Translations under genes and position numbers: made by a program
In this document: positions 58,949-64,000 of the stretch, piece after piece
How positions within the stretch are numbered: position 1 is the stretch's first letter
Layout of the letters: each line of letters begins with the position of its first letter
The notes under the pieces: generated by a model
The model's database searches: none
Told to the model about the DNA's origin: nothing
What the model saw: the letters and a program-made list of their open reading frames with translations, nothing else
NCBI GenBank assembly: GCA_041690135.1
Contig: JAWLHY010000002.1
Coordinates: 944,342 to 1,008,341, forward strand
Length of the DNA stretch: 64,000 nt
Source of the DNA: Armatimonadota bacterium
Lineage (GTDB): Bacteria > Armatimonadota > SYMT01
Direction: 5' to 3'

Positions 58949-59791
58949 GTGGCTCCATTCCAGGGGGTGTTCCCGTTGGCCCGTCGTATGTCTCCGTATT
59001 TCCTCTTCACGTGCCTGTTCTCGGCGGCAGCCCTGTGCGGGCCGGTCACCCCGGCGCGTGCCCAGGCGCCGGTGAAGGCGGTCGCCTCCGGCCCGAAGCT
59101 ATCCGGCATCCAGTTCGTGGGCCTGCAAAACGTGAAAGAGACCTACGTGCGTGAGGCCCTGACGATGAAGCCGGGCGAGGGTTTCACGCCGGCCATGCTG
59201 GAAAAGGACCGGCAGGCGCTCATTGGCATGGGCTTTTTCCGCAGCGTCGGCGCCACCCAGCGGACAAACAGTGGGAAAACGGAAGTCACCTTCCGCGTCG
59301 TGGAGTGGCCGAAAGTCATCCATGTCCGCGTGCTGGGCAATACGGTGGTGGATCTCAAAACCATCCACGAAGTGATCTCCACCCAGGTGGGCCAGGTTTT
59401 TTGCGCCCCACAGCTCAAGGACGACATCCGCGCGATCGAGCAGCTCTACCGGGAACGGGGTTACGTGGCCCGCATCTCCGAGCGCTTGCTGGACGAGGCG
59501 ACCCGCAGCGGCATCCTGCGCTTTGAGATCCTGGAACTGCGCATCGAGGATGTACAGCTCGAAGGGGGTTCGAACGAACTTTGCCTCCGTTGCCGGAAGA
59601 TCCTGTCCCAGGTCACGGGCCGGTTCTACCGGCCGGAGAGCGTTTCTCTGGACCAACAGCGGCTGCTGCAGGTACGCGGGGTGCGCGGCGCCGTGCCCCG
59701 CGTGGAAGTGACGGCACCCGGAAAAGTGCGGATTCGGTGGCTGCTCAACCCGCCGGCCGATACCATGGAAGAGAAGCCAACGGAGGGCTGA
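58949..59791 (+). CDS. POTRA-domain protein without beta-barrel
   Basis: Signal ARA|Q; POTRA patterns IQFVGLQNV...GFFRSV...VTFRVVE and VLGNTV...LYRERGY. The start may be 58988. Confidence 0.8.
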   Translation: MAPFQGVFPLARRMSPYFLFTCLFSAAALCGPVTPARAQAPVKAVASGPKLSGIQFVGLQNVKETYVREALTMKPGEGFTPAMLEKDRQALIGMGFFRSVGATQRTNSGKTEVTFRVVEWPKVIHVRVLGNTVVDLKTIHEVISTQVGQVFCAPQLKDDIRAIEQLYRERGYVARISERLLDEATRSGILRFEILELRIEDVQLEGGSNELCLRCRKILSQVTGRFYRPESVSLDQQRLLQVRGVRGAVPRVEVTAPGKVRIRWLLNPPADTMEEKPTEG

Positions 59792-59801
59792 GAACCAAAT
59801 C

Positions 59802-60038
59802 TCAGGTCTTGAGACCGTACTTCTCGCAGTAGCGGTTCAGCGTGCTGCGCCAGTGCCGGACCAGGGTCGGACCCCACGGCTCGCCTTCGCCGGCGGCTTC
59901 TTCTGCGCGCTCCAATCCTTCCAGCAGGCAGGTGTAACCGGCGGCCACTTCGCCGAGTTCGGCGTAGTCCACCGCTTCGGCCGTGGCCAGGTCCAGAGTG
60001 CGCTCTTCGTGCGCGGGGATCTTCGTATCCTTATGCAT
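59802..60038 (-). CDS. Small hypothetical protein
   Basis: 78-aa ORF with protein-like composition filling the gap. Confidence 0.55.
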   Translation of the reverse strand: MHKDTKIPAHEERTLDLATAEAVDYAELGEVAAGYTCLLEGLERAEEAAGEGEPWGPTLVRHWRSTLNRYCEKYGLKT

Positions 60039-60149
60039 GGTAGAAGTGGTGTACGCCACACCGGGGCCGTTCGTCAACGGCTGCTCGGGATCCAATATTG
60101 TTGCAAAGGCTGGGAAACCCCGAGTAGGGGAGCAAAGGGGAGAGATCCA

Positions 60150-60545
60150 ATGCGCCGTTGGCTACCGGTACTGTTGGCGAGCACGTTCGTCCTGGTTGGA
60201 GCCATGGATGCCTGGGCCGTCAAGCTCGTTTTTCGCCCAAAGCTGGAGCGCCACAAGGGCACTCGCGACCTGCTCGTGCTGGTCAAGCTGGAGAACGCTC
60301 CGGACGAAGAGGACATCGCCCGGGTCCGCCTCGAAGAGGTCGAGCTCAAGATCAAAGACGCGGTACACGAACCCACAACGCCGCTGCCGCTGGTGGTCGG
60401 CGCGATCGAGGCGGGGAAGTCCGCATCGTTCAGTCTCCGTTTCGATCACGACGTGGCAAAGAAGGGAGACAACGGCCTTCTCACCCTCAAAGCCTCGGCC
60501 GGCAAGGAAATCGTCTCCGGTACCTACCGGGTCACTATTCCGTGA
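60150..60545 (+). CDS. Small secreted Ig-like hypothetical protein
   Basis: RBS ggggag, signal AWA|V, beta-rich body. Confidence 0.7.
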   Translation: MRRWLPVLLASTFVLVGAMDAWAVKLVFRPKLERHKGTRDLLVLVKLENAPDEEDIARVRLEEVELKIKDAVHEPTTPLPLVVGAIEAGKSASFSLRFDHDVAKKGDNGLLTLKASAGKEIVSGTYRVTIP

Positions 60546-60690
60546 AGGATGAAGGCAGAAGGATGAAGGCAGAAGGCAGCGGGTAAAGGCCCAACCACGT
60601 CCCATCCGACCGATCCGTCCAATGTCCCGACCACCTAACTGCCCGACCGCCCAACCGCCCAACGCCCCAATGCCCAATGCCCAACCACCT
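60544..60690. repeat. Cluster of 7-9-mer short-unit arrays
   Basis: gaaggat/gaaggca units, then ccgaccgatcc, cccaaccg and cccaatg units. Confidence 0.7.
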
Positions 60691-60810
60691 GAAAACCCCA
60701 ACATTGCATCGAGGTAGGAGGGTAGCGCGTCGCCGTCGAACCTTGTTCCAATGGCCGGTAGCGCGGGTGCATCCAGACCGGCCCTTCCTTTGTGGAGGCT
60801 AGCCTCGGGT

Positions 60811-62262
60811 ATGAAGTTTACAAGAAGAGAACTGCTGGAAGACGCCCTGTTTGCAGCCACGCTGGCGGCGACAGGCGGCCTCGCTTCGCGCAGCGCTTGG
60901 GCTGCGGAGAGCAAGCCTTCGGGTCGCGTGATTGGCCCGAACGACCAGATTCGCGTGGCGGTGCTCGGCGTGAAGGGCCGGGGCCGCGACCATGTGGGTG
61001 GTTATCTGAAGTTTTCGGACGTGACCATCGCCACCATCTGCGACTGCGATCTCAGCGTGGTCGGTCCCGCCCTCGAGCAGATCAAGAAGGCCGGCAAGCC
61101 CGAGCCGCAGGTCGTGCAGGACCTGCGCAAGGTGATCGAGGACCCGAACATCGATGCGGTCTCGATCGCCACGCCCAACCACTGGCACTCGCTAGCGGCG
61201 ATCTGGGCGATGCAGGCCGGCAAGGACGTCTACGTCGAGAAGCCCGTTTCCCATAACGTTCACGAAGGCCGCGTGATGGTGGATACCGCCCGCAAGTACA
61301 AGCGGATCTGCCAGGCCGGCACCCAAATCCGCTCCACCCAGGGCACCAAGGACGCCATGGCGTTCCTGCACTCCGGGAAGCTGGGCAAGGTGAAGGTCGC
61401 GCGGGGTCTCTGCTACAAGCCGCGCAACAGCATCGGCATCAAGGAGCCGGGCATGTGCCCTTCCAGCGTCGATTTCGACATCTGGCTCGGCCCCGCTCCC
61501 AAGCGGATGTTCCACCAGAACCAGTTCCACTACAACTGGCACTGGCGCTGGGATACCGGCAACGGCGACCTCGGCAACCAGGGCATCCACCAGATGGACG
61601 TCGCCCGCTGGGGCCTGGGTAAGGACGGCCTGCCCACCAGCGTCATCGGGTTCGGCGGCCGCCTGGGCTACAAAGACGACGGCGAAACCCCGAACACCCA
61701 CGTCGCGGTCCTGGACTACGGCGATGCCCAGCTCATCTTCGAGACCCGCGGTCTCAAGACCAATGACTACAAGGGCGCCCGCATCGGCAACGTGTTCCAC
61801 TGCGAGAAGGGCTACCTGGTCATGACCGGCTACTCCGCCGGCGCCGCGTTCGACCTCGACGGCAACCTGATCCAGAAGTTCGACGGCGGCGGGGACCACT
61901 ACCGCAACTTCATCGACTGCATGCGCAGCCGGAAGTCGGAAGACCTCAACGGCGAGATCATCGAGGGCCACCTCTCCAGCGCGATGTGCCACCTGGGCAA
62001 CATCTCCTACCTGCTGGGCGAGCAGACCTCGTTCGGTCGCAAGCCGGCCGCCTTCGACGGCAACGAGGCCGCGCTCGAAACCTACGAGCGCTTCGAGCAG
62101 CACCTCGCGGACAACGGCGTGGATATGCAGCAGAGCCACTTCAGCATGGGGCCGAAGCTCAAGATCGATCCCAAGAAAGAGAAGTTCGTCGGCAACAAGC
62201 AGGCGAATGCGATGCTCTTCCGCGAGGGTCGGGAAGGGTTCCGCGTGCCGAAGAAGGCCTAG
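60811..62262 (+). CDS. Gfo/Idh/MocA oxidoreductase with Tat signal
   Basis: TRRELL; IATPNHWH, GKDVYVEKP, GNQGIHQMD. Confidence 0.93.
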   Translation: MKFTRRELLEDALFAATLAATGGLASRSAWAAESKPSGRVIGPNDQIRVAVLGVKGRGRDHVGGYLKFSDVTIATICDCDLSVVGPALEQIKKAGKPEPQVVQDLRKVIEDPNIDAVSIATPNHWHSLAAIWAMQAGKDVYVEKPVSHNVHEGRVMVDTARKYKRICQAGTQIRSTQGTKDAMAFLHSGKLGKVKVARGLCYKPRNSIGIKEPGMCPSSVDFDIWLGPAPKRMFHQNQFHYNWHWRWDTGNGDLGNQGIHQMDVARWGLGKDGLPTSVIGFGGRLGYKDDGETPNTHVAVLDYGDAQLIFETRGLKTNDYKGARIGNVFHCEKGYLVMTGYSAGAAFDLDGNLIQKFDGGGDHYRNFIDCMRSRKSEDLNGEIIEGHLSSAMCHLGNISYLLGEQTSFGRKPAAFDGNEAALETYERFEQHLADNGVDMQQSHFSMGPKLKIDPKKEKFVGNKQANAMLFREGREGFRVPKKA

Positions 62263-62275
62263 CGGTTTATTTTCC

Positions 62276-62331
62276 CTCCGCAGACACGGAAAGGCCCCGG
62301 CGGTTGCCGGGGCCTTTCCGTGTCTGCGGAG
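62276..62331 (+). terminator. 26-bp perfect-stem hairpin
   Basis: ctccgcagacacggaaaggccccggc-ggtt-gccggggcctttccgtgtctgcggag. Confidence 0.65.
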
Positions 62332-62420
62332 TGGTGCCGCCAAAATGCCCTCACCCGAATAAGGAAGTCCCTCTTTCGGAGGCGAACAGAGGAAACGTCT
62401 TTTATCTCCTGGTAGAACCC

Positions 62421-63440
62421 ATGAAAAGAACTCTCCACTTCACGCTCCCCTGTCTTCTTCTCCTGGCGACCACCTTTTCGTTGGCCACTTCCCGGCCCGC
62501 CGCCGAGGCCGCTCCGCGGGCGAAGAAGATCCCCGTCATCCTCGATACCGACATCGGGGACGACATCGACGACACCTGGGCGCTCGGCCTCCTGCTCCGC
62601 TCGCCGGAACTGGATGTGAAGCTCGTCGTTAGCGACGACGGCAAGCCGCTCTACCGGTCGAAGCTGCTGGCCCGCTTCCTGGAAACCGCGAAGCGCACCG
62701 ACATCCCGGTCGGCGTGGGCATGGAGACCCACAAGAAGGGGGAGGGTGGCCAGGCCGGCTGGGTGCGCGACTACAACCTCAACCGGTACCCCGGCAAGGT
62801 CTACCCGGACGGCGTCCAGGCGCTGATTGACACGATCATGTCCTCGCGCGAGCCGATCACCGTCCTTGCCATCGGCCCTGTTCCCAACCTGGCCGCGGCG
62901 CTGCAGCGCGAGCCGCGGATCGCCCAGCGCGCCCGCTTCGTGGGGATGCACGGAAGTGTCCGCGTCGGCTACGGCGGCAGCAAAACCCCGCACGCGGAGT
63001 ACAACGTCAAGCAGGACGTGCCCGCCTGCCAGAAGGTGTTCGTCGCGCCCTGGGAGATGACCATCACCCCGCTCGACACCTGCGGCATCATAAATCTTGA
63101 AGGAGAACGCTACCAGCAGCTCCGCACCTCGAAAGACCCTGTCGCCGCGGCGATTGTGGAGAACTATCGCCTCTGGAGCGCCGCCCAGAAGCGCCAGCCG
63201 AACCAGGCCGACCCCTTCGAGACGCGCAGTAGCATCCTGTTCGACACGGTGGCCATCTACCTGGGCTACACGGACGAGTGGCTGAAGATGGAGCGTCTTC
63301 CCATCACCGTCACCGATGCGGGGATGACCGCCATCCAGCCCGGCGCCAAGGAGATGAACGTCGCCACCGAGTGGAAGAACCTGGACGCCTTCCGCGACCT
63401 CCTGGTGGAGCGCCTCACCCGCGCCGACCGTAAGCGGTAG
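62421..63440 (+). CDS. Nucleoside hydrolase family protein with signal peptide
   Basis: ILDTDIGDDIDD, AIGPVPNL, AEYNV, PLD. Confidence 0.88.
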   Translation: MKRTLHFTLPCLLLLATTFSLATSRPAAEAAPRAKKIPVILDTDIGDDIDDTWALGLLLRSPELDVKLVVSDDGKPLYRSKLLARFLETAKRTDIPVGVGMETHKKGEGGQAGWVRDYNLNRYPGKVYPDGVQALIDTIMSSREPITVLAIGPVPNLAAALQREPRIAQRARFVGMHGSVRVGYGGSKTPHAEYNVKQDVPACQKVFVAPWEMTITPLDTCGIINLEGERYQQLRTSKDPVAAAIVENYRLWSAAQKRQPNQADPFETRSSILFDTVAIYLGYTDEWLKMERLPITVTDAGMTAIQPGAKEMNVATEWKNLDAFRDLLVERLTRADRKR

Positions 63441-63445
63441 AGCCG

Positions 63446-64000
63446 ATGAAGTCGAACCGGGAAAACCTTGGGCGGGTGCTGGCGGGCCTCCTGGCGGTGG
63501 CTCTTGTTATGGCCGCGAGTGGGCGGGCTCCGGCCTCCGCCGCGGAGCGCCCGCCCAACATCATCCTGGTCTTCGTCGACAACCTCGGTTACGGCGACAT
63601 CGGCCCCTTCGGCTCGACCCTTCACCGCACGCCCCATCTCGACCGGATGGCTGCCGAGGGCATGAAGCTCACCCACTTCTACGTGAGCTCCGGGGTCTGC
63701 ACCCCCAGCCGTGCCAGCCTGATGACCGGCTGCTACCCCCGGCGGGTCAACATGCACGAGTCGGTGCTGCGGCCCATCGCGGAGCGGGGACTCCAGCCGG
63801 ACGAGATCACGGTGGCGGAGGTGCTGAAGGGCGCCGGCTACGCGACCGGGATCTTCGGGAAATGGCACCTCGGCGACCAGCCGGAGTTCCTGCCCACGCG
63901 GCAGGGCTTCGACGAGTACTTCGGCATCCCCTACAGCGACGACATGGTCCACACGCACCCCCGGGGCCGGGAACTGGGCTGGCCGCCGCTGCCGTTGCTG
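63446..64000 (+). CDS. Sulfatase, partial (runs off the window)
   Basis: Manual translation: signal peptide, PNIILVFVDNLGYGD, CTPSRASLMTG, GKWHLG. Confidence 0.93.
   Translation, partial: MKSNRENLGRVLAGLLAVALVMAASGRAPASAAERPPNIILVFVDNLGYGDIGPFGSTLHRTPHLDRMAAEGMKLTHFYVSSGVCTPSRASLMTGCYPRRVNMHESVLRPIAERGLQPDEITVAEVLKGAGYATGIFGKWHLGDQPEFLPTRQGFDEYFGIPYSDDMVHTHPRGRELGWPPLPLL

Noticed and set aside
61986-62420. 145-aa N-terminal extension of the nucleoside hydrolase ORF
   Set aside because: Overlaps the upstream gene and a hairpin; the ATG at 62421 gives a proper signal peptide.
63266-63958. 230-aa minus-strand ORF
   Set aside because: Shadow of the plus-strand sulfatase.

Overview
GC-rich bacterial DNA. 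The gene content and style resemble Armatimonadota, but this is an inference, not a database result. Bases 1-30 kb hold one plus-strand type IV filament (T4P/T2SS-like) cluster: three oversized prepilin-like proteins in pilV-pilW-pilX-like order, two giant secreted beta-propeller-type proteins (1872 and about 2680 aa), pilM/pilN/pilO/pilP-like genes carrying Gly-Met-Pro low-complexity tracts, a truncated secretin-N-domain protein, and a secretin. No ATPase, platform protein or prepilin peptidase is visible in the window. Bases 30-64 kb hold mixed housekeeping and secreted-enzyme genes: ABC exporter, ferritin-like protein, three tandem cyclophilins, acyltransferase, epimerases including hldD, permease, hydrolase, SBBP/FN3 surface protein, PQQ dehydrogenase, hybrid kinase, PfpI, HEAT-repeat protein, ArgE-like protein, POTRA protein, Gfo/Idh/MocA oxidoreductase, nucleoside hydrolase and a partial sulfatase. 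The most striking unexplained pattern is a 500-bp cassette in which a GxxExxY nuclease-fold gene sits between 39-bp inverted arms built of 9-mer repeats. A decayed copy lies inside the pilin operon, and many solo arms and related short-unit repeats lie at gene junctions or in-frame within proteins. No rRNA, tRNA or CRISPR array was recognised.
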